From NCBI GenBank assembly GCA_964016885.1, contig OZ024740.1:186310001-186374000 (forward strand): a stretch of 64,000 bases of DNA, in the 5' to 3' direction. Each line of letters begins with the position of its first letter. The stretch's first letter is position 1. The notes under the pieces are model-generated. The model was not told the origin of the DNA and searched no databases. It was given only the letters and a program-made list of their open reading frames with translations. Positions 42,063 through 56,899 of this stretch are shown in pieces. The translations under genes and the position numbers were made by a program. Origin of the DNA: Eledone cirrhosa (Eukaryota).

Positions 42063-45000
42063 AAGAAACCTCAACGAAATCCACAAAATAATAAAACGAA
42101 ATAAAAACACAATAACTATAGTTTTCCAGCAACCAAGAATTGATATCGAGATTGAAATAATAGAATTAAGTACTGAATAGAAATAAGAACTGGAAAATAC
42201 TCATAAGATTTCCTTTACATATGCTGGCTTAATTTGCTTTTCAGTGTTGTTGGTATTGAATTTGTTAGTGTTGACGGAGTTGTCGTTGCTCGTATTTTCG
42301 TCATAGCTGCTGATGCCCTTGTAATAGTTGCAGCTCTTTTTGGGGGGGTTCTTTATTTATCTATTTACTTTTTTTGTTGTTGCTGTTGTTGTTGTTTTGT
42401 TTTTTTTTTTACTTCGTTGGTTACACAAAATACGTTATTCAGTTACAACTACGTTGTTTATTATTAAAGATTTGTTGTAATCCAAATAGAAAAACCGCGT
42501 AAATATTATGATAAATGCAACCGTCATGAATATCTTATCAGAAAATGAATGAACAATGTTTAATTGCGAATAGCAAATAAGACAAAAAGGAATCCAAATA
42601 AAAATAAGCAATTTACGTTGTCATGTGTTGCTTTTTCATTTATTTATTTAATGGCTACTGTTTTAGTTCACAAATTCCTCATGTGAACAACATAGTGTTA
42701 TTGGAGAATGAATGAAGACGAAAATGATGTCGAAACATTAAAGAAGTTTCAGAATTATATGCTATTTAGAGTCATGTGATCAATGTTTCCTTTTTTTTTT
42801 TACTATCAACCACTTTTATGGAATATATTTCATCAGCGCTCCCGCAAACCCTCTTGTTTAAAGTTGAGGAAACATTATACGGTGGATTCTATATTTTAAT
42901 ATATTCTGAAATTTTGATTAAGCATTTAGTGACAGTGTTACATGCAACATTTAATTGTTATTCTTTTCCCGGATCTTCCCTCACGAGTCGTTACCGTTCA
43001 ACGACTCAACCTACAACCCGCTAGCGTTTCAGTGCACAGACTGAACCTCCCAATATCCCAGTGCAGCCAAGAGAATTACTGGTTTAACCGTTTGACATGT
43101 TTTTCTTTGCATTCACTGCATATTTGAGGAATGGTGCCTATATTAGAAATAAGTGAAAATAAACCTTTAGATTTTATTCGATCCCAATACAATCAACTCT
43201 GTTGTACTTCAAAATTCTCTTATAATTCTCTTATAATTTTCCTTCTCGTTGCTTCTAACACAAAAGCGAACAAAACGTTGACGTAGTTGTTCGGGCTGCT
43301 AAATTAAGCCCTATTGTCTTACAAATAAATGGCTGGCACATTAAACAATCACATACAACATGGTATGCAGAACCTGTATGGCAATGACTATAACGGCTTT
43401 CATCATCGTTCTGCTCAATCTTGACATGAGTTAAACAAGGAAGTCACTCATGAATATACCGCTAACTTGGATTTAAACAACAATATATTCTTATAGTCCG
43501 CATTTGCCTTAAAGGCTTATACTAAAACCTTGTCAAAATAATTCAATATTGGATCTGTTCAGTTATGCAGATAATGTGTTGAATAATATATAAACTAAAC
43601 ATGAAATCAGTGAGCATTCTAATTAATATATTTTGTAATTATATATCCATACAAAGCTACACCAGCGACGAACATATTTTAGTCTATTTAATGAGAGCAA
43701 CTTTGAAAAATCTGTTGGAATCTAAATAAAACATGATGAAATGCTATCTACATCTAAGCGGTGGGTTCTTGGACTTGTTATATTAGTGTATTTCTTCGTC
43801 TTTTTGAGAACTCATCGTGGCAGTGAGACACTGTATATTTACATGGAAAGATGACGCGGGCTTATGAATTTGTATTTCATGGCTATTGGCTGCATATATT
43901 TGCTATTAAGAAAACGGCTCGCGTGCGCCTAGCTTCATAGATATAGCAGTTGTATTTTCATTACATAACATCCTATAATGAGGGGATGAAAGCACAATGG
44001 ATAATATAGTCCTAAATAAACTGAGAAATAAAAGGAAGGTATTGGGCGCAGCTGGCATGTTTTAGATTATAGGTTTACAGTTAGCAGACTGAAGTAGAAC
44101 ACGATTCCTACAAATAACCCCAAATTTAAACTGAACTTTGCGCATCTTTGCAAGTAAAACACCTAGATTGGGAATTAAAATTCGCATACAGGACCTTCGT
44201 AAGATCAAATGATTCAAATATATGGCGATGGATTAGGGCAACTATCACGCTGTATACGTTGTGTTAATATATGTGTATATTCAAAATCAAATATGTGCCT
44301 ATATGGTACTCTGCTTGCTTACACAGTTATTATACGGTTTTATTGTTGTGTATATGCATGTGTATGTGAGAGCTAGTATGTGTGTGTGTATGTGTTTGTT
44401 TTCGTTAAAATCTGTATCTTTGCTTTCATTTGAATTGGCCTTTCTCTTACATCGCCTTCGTACACATAAGCATCTCCCTTTTTCATTTCAAATGAATGAA
44501 TGAATGAATGGATGGATGAATGAATGAATGAATGAATGAATGAATGAGCAGTTTGATGACATCAATAGTAATACATGAGATATGCTATCCGCTTCTCCAC
44601 CATCACCATCAGCACCACCTAACGAAAAGACACTGAAAGTAATATAAAACATGTAAAGATTGAAAGAATGAAAAGTAAAGGCTTGTAATAACTGTTCTCT
44701 GGTAGCCATTGATTGCGATAAATTTTACGTGTGGTCATAACGATTTTCTACTTCAAAGATCTTCTCACTTCGCTTTAATATTTTAGTTTTCATCTCTCCA
44801 AATCAATCCATGATAGGGTTTTCATGATAAGGGGAAACTGCATCTTCCCTTTTATTTAGCTTCTCAATGTTCAGAGGGGGTTTACCTAAAAAAATGTTTC
44901 TGTGTCTGTGTGTGACATTGTTGTGTGTTTATGTATATTTATGTGTATGTGAATATCTTCCTGCCATTCATATGCGACTGTCTGTCTATGTGCATGAGTA

Positions 45001-45602
45001 TGTGTGATTATTGCAAGTCTTTGTCCTCGTCTTATATTAGCCAAAACAGCATTAGCCATCTTTTCAATTCTACATTCGCTAATGTTTTCTTTTTGACATT
45101 TTATATTCAATAAATCCGTAAGTGCACAACATTTCATATTGCCTATGTGTATGAATATGTGTGTGTGTGTGTTAATGTTTATCTGTGTCTATATGTGAAC
45201 GTTTATCTGTGTCTATACGTCAATGTTTATCTCTCTGTGTGTATGGATGCTTCTGTGTGTATCTGTATATACGTATGTATGGGTATGCATATGCGTATAT
45301 ATATAAATGTGTTCTATACATTTGTGTTAGTGTCTGGCCTTCTACGTGTATCTGTGAATAAGCATCACTGTATATTTGTCTCTATCAGTGTGTGTAGTAG
45401 TGTATGTATTTCTGAGGGTGTATATGTATTTATGGCCCAATATATGTCTTTATATGCATATGTCTAAGCGTATATATGTATGTGCGTTTGTGTGCGTATT
45501 TTTAAGACTTCTTTTAGAGATTTCTCATGATTTTAAACATTACCATCATTTAAAGAATGTTAGACGCATAGCAGCAGTACAGAGACTGTATGTACATATA
45601 TG

Positions 45603-45660
<58 letters not shown>

Positions 45661-45661
45661 G

Positions 45662-45853
45662 AGGAAAATAGTCAAGACCCCGACGGCTGAGCTCCGGCCG
45701 TTTCGACAGCTATTTCTGAAATACCTGTCGAAACGGCCGCAGCACGGCCGTGGGGGTCCTGACTAGTTTCCTATTACCCACTCTACTACCCATAGTATCG
45801 AGTACTATGGTGCGTTATGGTCCACCTAGTTCCTTACCACACTTCCTTCGTTA
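45662..45853 (+). mobile_element. Family A hairpin element, copy 3
   Basis: Homologous to 960-1160 over its full length. Confidence 0.8.
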
Positions 45854-46705
<852 letters not shown>

Positions 46706-48449
46706 GAAATTGGAATAAATGCTCTGAAATAGCGATATATATGTGAATATAGACACAGAATATTCGAAAATATTCTGTATGTTTATAATAAACATTTTGA
46801 AGACCTAATCGCTATAGAATAGAATACGTCACGTATTACAATTAGATTCTCGATAAAAGCAAGGGAAGTAAGTCTACGCGTTTCATTCTTGTTAGAATTC
46901 ATCAGGACTACATATCCAGTGCTTTTATCGAGAATGACACAGCTAGAGACTTATAGAATACTTAGCTGTGTACAGGAACTGGTTTGAAAGAGCGGTTGCC
47001 GGTCCGGCAGAAATTAGAAATTGGAATAAATGCTCTGAAATAGCGATATATATGTGAATATAGACACAGAATATTCGAAAATATTCTGTATGTTTATAAT
47101 AAACATTTTGAAGACCTAATCGCTATAGAATAGAATACGTCACGTATTACAATTAGATTCTCGATAAAAGCAAGGGAAGTAAGTCTACGCGTTTCATTCT
47201 TGTTAGAATTCATCAGGACTACATATCCAGTGCTTTTATCGAGAATGACACAGCTAGAGACTTATAGAATACTTAGCTGTGTACAGGAACTGGTTTGAAA
47301 GAGCGGTTGCCGGTCCGGCAGAAATTAGAAATTGGAATAAATGCTCTGAAATAGCGATATATATGTGAATATAGACACAGAATATTCGAAAATATTCTGT
47401 ATGTTTATAATAAACATTTTGAAGACCTAATCGCTATAGAATAGAATACGTCACGTATTACAATTAGATTCTCGATAAAAGCAAGGGAAGTAAGTCTACG
47501 CGTTTCATTCTTGTTAGAATTCATCAGGACTACATATCCAGTGCTTTTATCGAGAATGACACAGCTAGAGACTTATAGAATACTTAGCTGTGTACAGGAA
47601 CTGGTTTGAAAGAGCGGTTGCCGGTCCGGCAGAAATTAGAAATTGGAATAAATGCTCTGAAATAGCGATATATATGTGAATATAGACACAGAATATTCGA
47701 AAATATTCTGTATGTTTATAATAAACATTTTGAAGACCTAATCGCTATAGAATAGAATACGTCACGTATTACAATTAGATTCTCGATAAAAGCAAGGGAA
47801 GTAAGTCTACGCGTTTCATTCTTGTTAGAATTCATCAGGACTACATATCCAGTGCTTTTATCGAGAATGACACAGCTAGAGACTTATAGAATACTTAGCT
47901 GTGTACAGGAACTGGTTTGAAAGAGCGGTTGCCGGTCCGGCAGAAATTAGAAATTGGAATAAATGCTCTGAAATAGCGATATATATGTGAATATAGACAC
48001 AGAATATTCGAAAATATTCTGTATGTTTATAATAAACATTTTGAAGACCTAATCGCTATAGAATAGAATACGTCACGTATTACAATTAGATTCTCGATAA
48101 AAGCAAGGGAAGTAAGTCTACGCGTTTCATTCTTGTTAGAATTCATCAGGACTACATATCCAGTGCTTTTATCGAGAATGACACAGCTAGAGACTTATAG
48201 AATACTTAGCTGTGTACAGGAACTGGTTTGAAAGAGCGGTTGCCGGTCCGGCAGAAATTAGAAATTGGAATAAATGCTCTGAAATAGCGATATATATGTG
48301 AATATAGACACAGAATATTCGAAAATATTCTGTATGTTTATAATAAACATTTTGAAGACCTAATCGCTATAGAATAGAATACGTCACGTATTACAATTAG
48401 ATTCTCGATAAAAGCAAGGGAAGTAAGTCTACGCGTTTCATTCTTGTTA
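46706..48449 (-). mobile_element. Retrozyme-like tandem array, left arm (5.6 x 311 bp, 5 intact HHRs)
   Basis: Units start at 46706, 47017, 47328, 47639, 47950, 48261; no differences seen by eye; HHR on the - strand in each complete unit. Confidence 0.9.
46868..46911 (-). ncRNA. Hammerhead ribozyme (first of 5 in the left arm, period 311)
   Basis: Exact reverse complement of 48704-48747. Confidence 0.92.
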
Positions 48450-51057
48450 ATCGAGAATCTAATTGTAATACGTGACGTATTCTATTCTATAGCGATTAGG
48501 TCTTCAAAATGTTTATTATAAACATACAGAATATTTTCGAATATTCTGTGTCTATATTCACATATATATCGCTATTTCAGAGCATTTATTCCAATTTCTA
48601 ATTTCTGCCGGACCGGCAACCGCTCTTTCAAACCAGTTCCTGTACACAGCTAAGTATTCTATAAGTCTCTAGCTGTGTCATTCTCGATAAAAGCACTGGA
48701 TATGTAGTCCTGATGAATTCTAACAAGAATGAAACGCGTAGACTTACTTCCCTTGCTTTTATCGAGAATCTAATTGTAATACGTGACGTATTCTATTCTA
48801 TAGCGATTAGGTCTTCAAAATGTTTATTATAAACATACAGAATATTTTCGAATATTCTGTGTCTATATTCACATATATATCGCTATTTCAGAGCATTTAT
48901 TCCAATTTCTAATTTCTGCCGGACCGGCAACCGCTCTTTCAAACCAGTTCCTGTACACAGCTAAGTATTCTATAAGTCTCTAGCTGTGTCATTCTCGATA
49001 AAAGCACTGGATATGTAGTCCTGATGAATTCTAACAAGAATGAAACGCGTAGACTTACTTCCCTTGCTTTTATCGAGAATCTAATTGTAATACGTGACGT
49101 ATTCTATTCTATAGCGATTAGGTCTTCAAAATGTTTATTATAAACATACAGAATATTTTCGAATATTCTGTGTCTATATTCACATATATATCGCTATTTC
49201 AGAGCATTTATTCCAATTTCTAATTTCTGCCGGACCGGCAACCGCTCTTTCAAACCAGTTCCTGTACACAGCTAAGTATTCTATAAGTCTCTAGCTGTGT
49301 CATTCTCGATAAAAGCACTGGATATGTAGTCCTGATGAATTCTAACAAGAATGAAACGCGTAGACTTACTTCCCTTGCTTTTATCGAGAATCTAATTGTA
49401 ATACGTGACGTATTCTATTCTATAGCGATTAGGTCTTCAAAATGTTTATTATAAACATACAGAATATTTTCGAATATTCTGTGTCTATATTCACATATAT
49501 ATCGCTATTTCAGAGCATTTATTCCAATTTCTAATTTCTGCCGGACCGGCAACCGCTCTTTCAAACCAGTTCCTGTACACAGCTAAGTATTCTATAAGTC
49601 TCTAGCTGTGTCATTCTCGATAAAAGCACTGGATATGTAGTCCTGATGAATTCTAACAAGAATGAAACGCGTAGACTTACTTCCCTTGCTTTTATCGAGA
49701 ATCTAATTGTAATACGTGACGTATTCTATTCTATAGCGATTAGGTCTTCAAAATGTTTATTATAAACATACAGAATATTTTCGAATATTCTGTGTCTATA
49801 TTCACATATATATCGCTATTTCAGAGCATTTATTCCAATTTCTAATTTCTGCCGGACCGGCAACCGCTCTTTCAAACCAGTTCCTGTACACAGCTAAGTA
49901 TTCTATAAGTCTCTAGCTGTGTCATTCTCGATAAAAGCACTGGATATGTAGTCCTGATGAATTCTAACAAGAATGAAACGCGTAGACTTACTTCCCTTGC
50001 TTTTATCGAGAATCTAATTGTAATACGTGACGTATTCTATTCTATAGCGATTAGGTCTTCAAAATGTTTATTATAAACATACAGAATATTTTCGAATATT
50101 CTGTGTCTATATTCACATATATATCGCTATTTCAGAGCATTTATTCCAATTTCTAATTTCTGCCGGACCGGCAACCGCTCTTTCAAACCAGTTCCTGTAC
50201 ACAGCTAAGTATTCTATAAGTCTCTAGCTGTGTCATTCTCGATAAAAGCACTGGATATGTAGTCCTGATGAATTCTAACAAGAATGAAACGCGTAGACTT
50301 ACTTCCCTTGCTTTTATCGAGAATCTAATTGTAATACGTGACGTATTCTATTCTATAGCGATTAGGTCTTCAAAATGTTTATTATAAACATACAGAATAT
50401 TTTCGAATATTCTGTGTCTATATTCACATATATATCGCTATTTCAGAGCATTTATTCCAATTTCTAATTTCTGCCGGACCGGCAACCGCTCTTTCAAACC
50501 AGTTCCTGTACACAGCTAAGTATTCTATAAGTCTCTAGCTGTGTCATTCTCGATAAAAGCACTGGATATGTAGTCCTGATGAATTCTAACAAGAATGAAA
50601 CGCGTAGACTTACTTCCCTTGCTTTTATCGAGAATCTAATTGTAATACGTGACGTATTCTATTCTATAGCGATTAGGTCTTCAAAATGTTTATTATAAAC
50701 ATACAGAATATTTTCGAATATTCTGTGTCTATATTCACATATATATCGCTATTTCAGAGCATTTATTCCAATTTCTAATTTCTGCCGGACCGGCAACCGC
50801 TCTTTCAAACCAGTTCCTGTACACAGCTAAGTATTCTATAAGTCTCTAGCTGTGTCATTCTCGATAAAAGCACTGGATATGTAGTCCTGATGAATTCTAA
50901 CAAGAATGAAACGCGTAGACTTACTTCCCTTGCTTTTATCGAGAATCTAATTGTAATACGTGACGTATTCTATTCTATAGCGATTAGGTCTTCAAAATGT
51001 TTATTATAAACATACAGAATATTTTCGAATATTCTGTGTCTATATTCACATATATAT
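48450..51057 (+). mobile_element. Retrozyme-like tandem array, right arm (8.4 x 311 bp, 8 intact HHRs)
   Basis: Reverse complement of the left-arm unit; CTGATGA at 48710, 49021, 49332, 49643, 49954, 50265, 50576, 50887; ends at the unit's internal catatatat, which merges into (TA)n. Confidence 0.9.
48704..48747 (+). ncRNA. Minimal type I hammerhead ribozyme (first of 8 in the right arm)
   Basis: gtagtc CTGATGA attct aaca agaat GAAA CGCG TA^gacttac. Full core, 5-bp stem II, palindromic stem III, GUA site at 48740; stem I extended by a 16-bp attctcgataaaagca/tgcttttatcgagaat helix. Confidence 0.93.
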
Positions 51058-51076
51058 ATGTATATATATATACATA

Positions 51077-51120
<44 letters not shown>

Positions 51121-51599
51121 TAATTCCATATAGAAATAACTTCAGCAGGTAAACGAATGAAACAGTTCTAGTCCTGCAGAAATCATGTGTATATGAAATT
51201 AATGCAGATATGTATGTAACTATGTAAATATATATGTACGTGTGTGTGTGTGTATGTGTGTGTCTGTGTGTGTGCGCGCACACGCGTATACGAACACATG
51301 TATAAGATCCAGAGAAAAGTCCACGAATTCTTGAAGGCCGCGTGTTATCTAATTCAAGCTGACTTAGTTAATGCTGGAACATACATTTTATCCACCACCA
51401 GCACCAACGCGTCCAATATTTCTACCATGAAAATAGCGACTCATTCGCTAAATTATTGACGTGTAATTAATTTTATAACTTTTAAGGCACATTTAATTAT
51501 TGGCTTCAACAGTGAAACTCGTTTATCACTAACAGCGGGACAAGGATAACGACGGTATACTTAATGGTAGCAGGACATACATATATACTGCACACATAC

Positions 51600-51667
<68 letters not shown>

Positions 51668-51699
51668 GTGTCTGTTTATATATATATAGAGAGAGAGAG

Positions 51700-51880
51700 A
51701 GGTAGAACACTGGAAGGTAATATCCGTAGTGGTAGAGCACTCAGTCCATGGCACGAGTTAGGTAGAAGTGGTTATACAACAGTTAGTTCACCATACCGAG
51801 ACCAATTGTTTCACCTTAGCTGAGGATCCGCTAAGGTGAAACAATTGTTCTCGGTATGGTGAACTAACTGTTGTATAACC

Positions 51881-51884
<4 letters not shown>
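51700..51884. mobile_element. Palindromic element centred on an HHR core
   Basis: 55-bp arms 51766-51820 and 51830-51884 (1 mismatch); ag CTGAGGA tccgctaaggt GAAA CAATTG TT ctcgg at 51818-51854; the left arm continues to ~51700 with GAGTGCTC on the - strand. Confidence 0.75.
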
Positions 51885-51936
<52 letters not shown>

Positions 51937-52098
51937 AATGAAGTAATTCCGTCGGAAAAGTCCAGTAAAAATGAGTGCTCTATGTAGGTAACAGAGCTTA
52001 ATATATAGGATTTTTTCATTCTGAGGATTGAAAGCAAAATTTTTTGCTTTTAAGAAACCACTGGTAAATGGAATAATTGCCTTATGTTGTTTATTACA

Positions 52099-52152
<54 letters not shown>

Positions 52153-52379
52153 TATATATATTTACAGATTAATATATATATATATTTATATATACACGCA
52201 CATTCAACCATATATATATATATATGCGTGCGTTTGTGTGTATATGTATGTTTATATATGTGTGTGTGTAGACATACATATAGATTTTCTTTAAGCTGTG
52301 ACACAATGTAACATAGTAAAGAAAAGTTATATAGAATACACTATTGTCATAAATGGTTCGACACTAATAACAATTGCCT

Positions 52380-52545
52380 TGTGACCCTCCAAGACGCCAT
52401 TTCCCTATTGAGGATTTTGTTATTCAATTTATTTTTGTTATATTTTATATCTTATATTTTTATATTTTGTTATTGCCTCCTCCTTATTGAGGACGCCTTT
52501 TTGTGTAAACTCCCCCCATTGTACTTGTTCCACTCTTTGACGTCC
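52380..52545 (+). mobile_element. Diverged LINE 3' UTR related to 57450-57570
   Basis: cccta(t/c)tg.ggattt...tgtaaactcccc..ttgta shared with the Tx1-like copy. Confidence 0.45.
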
Positions 52546-52799
52546 TGAAAGTTACCTTACATAAACCGTTCTATCAATCTGACCAACACCTATTTGTTTA
52601 TCAATCGACAGTGTAATTTAACTATCCACCTTTGTAGAGACTACTCTCTCCCTCCCTCCCTCTCTCTCCCTCTCACTCTCTCTCTTTCTCTCTCTCCATC
52701 CCTCTCTCTCTCACACACAGACAGTCAGATACACACACACACACACACATACATAAACATACACAAACTCTATCTATTTATATGTCAATATATCTATAT

Positions 52800-52980
52800 T
52801 TGGCAGTATCGGTAGAGGGGCTGACGCCATGCTTTGCAGCAAAGAGTTATGGCCCTTTGTGGTCTGAGTTGAAATCCCCCGCCGAGGTTAACTTTGCCTT
52901 TCATCCTTACGGGGTCGATAAAATAAGGTACCATTAATGTACTGGGTAATTGCTCGCCTTGTGCCAAAAGTAGAAACAAA
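52800..52980 (+). mobile_element. SINE
   Basis: Same family; aatatatctata repeats at both flanks. Confidence 0.9.
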
Positions 52981-53169
52981 TATATCTATATATCTTTATC
53001 TTCCCTCTCTCTCACTGTTTCTATATCTACATATCTTATATCCTCTTATCCTTCTTTCAACCGACATATCTATGTACATTTCTATTTCTTTAGTCTAATG
53101 TGAGACCTGATCGAGCAGAATTATGATCAAATGTGTTTCAGCGTGACCGGATATATATTATATTATATT

Positions 53170-53337
53170 TTGGCAGTATCGGTAGAGGGTTGGACGCCAT
53201 GCTTTCTAGCATAGTTACGTCCATTTACGGTCTGAGTTCAAATCTCGCCAAGGTTAAATTTGCCTTTCATCCTTACAGGCTCGATAAAATAAAGTACCAG
53301 TAATGTACTGGCCTTGTTAAAAAAGTGGAAACAATTA
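53170..53337 (+). mobile_element. SINE with a small 3' deletion
   Basis: Same family. Confidence 0.9.
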
Positions 53338-53349
53338 TATACATACGTG

Positions 53350-53398
<49 letters not shown>

Positions 53399-54177
53399 GC
53401 TCATCTGGGTGAACCTACAGTAACTCCGCGATACAGTCCCTGGATATATATATATATATATATATACATGAGTGTGTGTGTGTGTTTGTGTGCGCGCGCG
53501 CGTGAATCTGTTTGTGTGTGCGCGCATCTGCCCGAAAAATGTATACACGCGTTGATTATCTGTGCAGGCAAGCTTTATTAGTATGCTGTTGACGAGTGTA
53601 TACATTTTGGGAGGACACGCTGTATATGTAAGAGTCTACATTGAGAAATAATTTTTTCTTTATAACAAACCACCAGTTGTGGTTTGAGGGATATATCGTA
53701 TCTATTTATAGCTGGTCACATAATCACTCAGAGCCGCTCTTCTTGGCTCCTCTAAACTTTCTAGAAATCTGCTATCAATCTACATCTATATATCCACTTA
53801 TTTATTTAAATAACTACCTGTCTTTCTATCATTTATCTACTTCTTAACTACAAAACTTATTCGTATACCTATCTATCAATTATCTGACTATCAATCTATC
53901 GGTCTATCTATCGGTCTATCTACTTCTCTATCTAAATAAACATATAACTACCCGCATTTCCATCTATAATTTATCTGCATAACTACGTAACTGTTTCCTC
54001 TATCTATCTATCAATTATCTAAATCTCTCGCTCTCCTCATATATATGTGTTTATGTGTGCATAATACGGAGTATATTTGTCTACCTGTCTACCAATTATC
54101 TATAAATTTATCTACCTATCTATTTATCTATCAATCATTTAGGTAGGTATGTATTTATCCATTCCATCTATCTATCA

Positions 54178-54258
<81 letters not shown>

Positions 54259-54259
54259 C

Positions 54260-54294
<35 letters not shown>

Positions 54295-55519
54295 GTTAGT
54301 TATATATATATTGATGTCTTTCTTTATTATATATAGTTATATAGATAGTTAGATGGATAGATAGAAAGATAGAAAGATAGTTATATATATATAATTGTCT
54401 ATGAATTTATCTATTTTTCTATATCTATCAATGTATCCGTCTATAAACTCATATATACATATATATAACTATCTATAAAAGTAACTGTCTACGTATTTAT
54501 CTATTTATCTATCTATCAATGCATCAATGTGTAAAGCCACATATACATACAGCGACATTATATTTTAAAAAATGAAAATAAAGAACAAAGAGAAAAAACA
54601 CAAACGAGAACAAGGACAAGTGTAAATACCATCTCATGTACAAATAATAACACGGTCGAAAAAGTAAAGAAAAATAAAACCTACACACACATACATATAC
54701 ATACACATACACATACACACACATACGCGCCATAACTTTTAATCGGTTGACTAGATTTGATCAATAATCAACTATCTATATCAGTAAATATATTCCTCTC
54801 ACGGACTTTAAAGCCGTACTTCTAATAAGTTTACCATCAGCTGACTCCTGGTGGAGTCGTCAGCTTTTTACGTATACGCCATCTGCTTATTTTTTTATTT
54901 ACTTTTCTTTTTTTTTTTGTATATTTACTTTTCCTCATTAATTTTGTTATTTTTCTTTAAAATTTATTGTTTTTTATTTGGTTTATTATTTCTTGCTTTA
55001 GTTTTTTTTTCAGTTTCACATAATTTTTCAAATCATTTTTTTTTTTTGAGGGAGGGGGGCTATATTTTCGTATATTTCTTTCTGTTTCCTCTTATTTGTA
55101 TTTACCTTTTTATGATTTTCTTTTGTTCTTATTTATTTTTTTTCCTTTTGTGCTATTGGTGATTAGAGTATTGCAATCACAATCGATTATTTAAGAGAGC
55201 GAGAATGAGGGAGAAGAAAGATTAGAATGTGAACCAGAGATATAAAGACACATAGAATGAAGGGCGTTTGAATACTAAGAGATTGTCAAAGAGAGGTAGA
55301 AGAAGTGAGTGAATGAATGAGAGAGAGAGAAGGGGAAGGGGAAATAGAAAGAGAAACAGCTAAATTTCACTGTTTCAATGTTTGGAGATTTCTAGATTAA
55401 ATTTAGCTGATAATTTCTTATATGTAAACTGAATACGCAACGTATGTGTTTTTTTCTTCTCATTTTTCCTCATTTTTCCTCCGTTCTTTCCTCTCATCAC
55501 TCTTTACTTTCTAACTCTA

Positions 55520-55553
55520 TCTTCTGATGAAGGACTAGTGTCTAAAACGTTAG
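55520..55553 (+). ncRNA. Degenerate hammerhead in a short TA-terminated element (~55500-55645)
   Basis: CTGATGA a ggac tagt gtct AAAAC g TTA g (G12A). The sister copy at 60355-60420 retains ggac ctat gtcc GAAAC and a similar downstream aagcgt..ctaata. Confidence 0.55.
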
Positions 55554-55665
55554 TACACTCTCCTTGCTATTTCAAGCGTTAAACTAATATATTTCTTCCA
55601 TGTACTGTGGCGTTTGTTTGTTTTTTTATTCTTGCTTTTACTTATACATATATATATATATATAT

Positions 55666-56182
<517 letters not shown>

Positions 56183-56446
56183 AATGAGAATCGGCGGGTA
56201 GAAATTAGCGAAACGCAATTTCCGATTTGTGTTGGCAAGCGCTCCATGGACCAAAGGATACCAGAGCAATAAACATATGTTATAAAGGCCATACAAACTG
56301 AGACGGCGGTTAAGAAGCTATCAACCACCTAACCCAATAAAACGAAGCAAGCTAAACGGGTCAAACAAAATGTGAATGAAATATATATATATATATACAA
56401 TGGATTCTCCTGACGTATATCAGCGTATGAGGGTTCAACAATCTTC

Positions 56447-56665
56447 TCAGTTCATTTTTTTTTTGTGGTTATTCCTTAAGTGGCACTTTAGTCCAGCTGC
56501 TGATTTACATATCAAGCCGCATTTAGTGCAGATGACAGTATTTCGAGCAGAAAAGGATGAAGGGTTTGATCGGATCTTAGATCCCGAAGATGGACCAGAT
56601 TTACTAGTTATATTTATTTTTCTCTCTCGCATTCTGCTTTTACATCTTCAGCAATTGTTTTCTCC
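56447..56665 (-). mobile_element. RTE/BovB-type LINE C-terminal C2H2 zinc-finger fragment
   Basis: ICTKCGLICKSAAGLKCHLRNNH followed closely by a stop; typical RTE ORF end. Confidence 0.55.
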
Positions 56666-56669
56666 TTTT

Positions 56670-56895
56670 TGGCTGGCTAGCTGGCTGACCCGCTAGATGT
56701 TTCGCAGTCTATCTTGCTGGCTGGCTGGTTGGTTGACTGGCTAGCTAACTGACTGTCTGGCTGACAAGATACTGGCTGCCGCTGGCTGGCTGGAGGGAAG
56801 TCTGGCTGGCTGGATTGGTACCTAACTGGCTGTCTCACTGGCTGGCTGCCTCACTGGCTGGCTGCCTCCTTGACTGGCTGTCTGGCTATCTGACT
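56670..56895. repeat. Degenerate (GGCT)n tetranucleotide repeat
   Basis: Direct reading. Confidence 0.85.
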
Positions 56896-56899
56896 CCTC

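Noticed and set aside
44575-44680. Possible minus-strand host exon after ttttcgttag (GGADGDGGEADSISH)
   Set aside because: Weak donor site, low-complexity peptide, no partner exons; needs RNA-seq.
46706-51057. CRISPR array
   Set aside because: Units are identical over 311 bp with no unique spacers, there are no cas genes, and the context is eukaryotic.
52015-52040. CTGAGGA tt GAAA as a hammerhead
   Set aside because: No stem II, and no convincing stem I or NUH site.
54835-54865. Minus-strand ag CTGACGA ctcc acca ggag as a hammerhead
   Set aside because: GAAA and stem III are absent; at best a deleted remnant.
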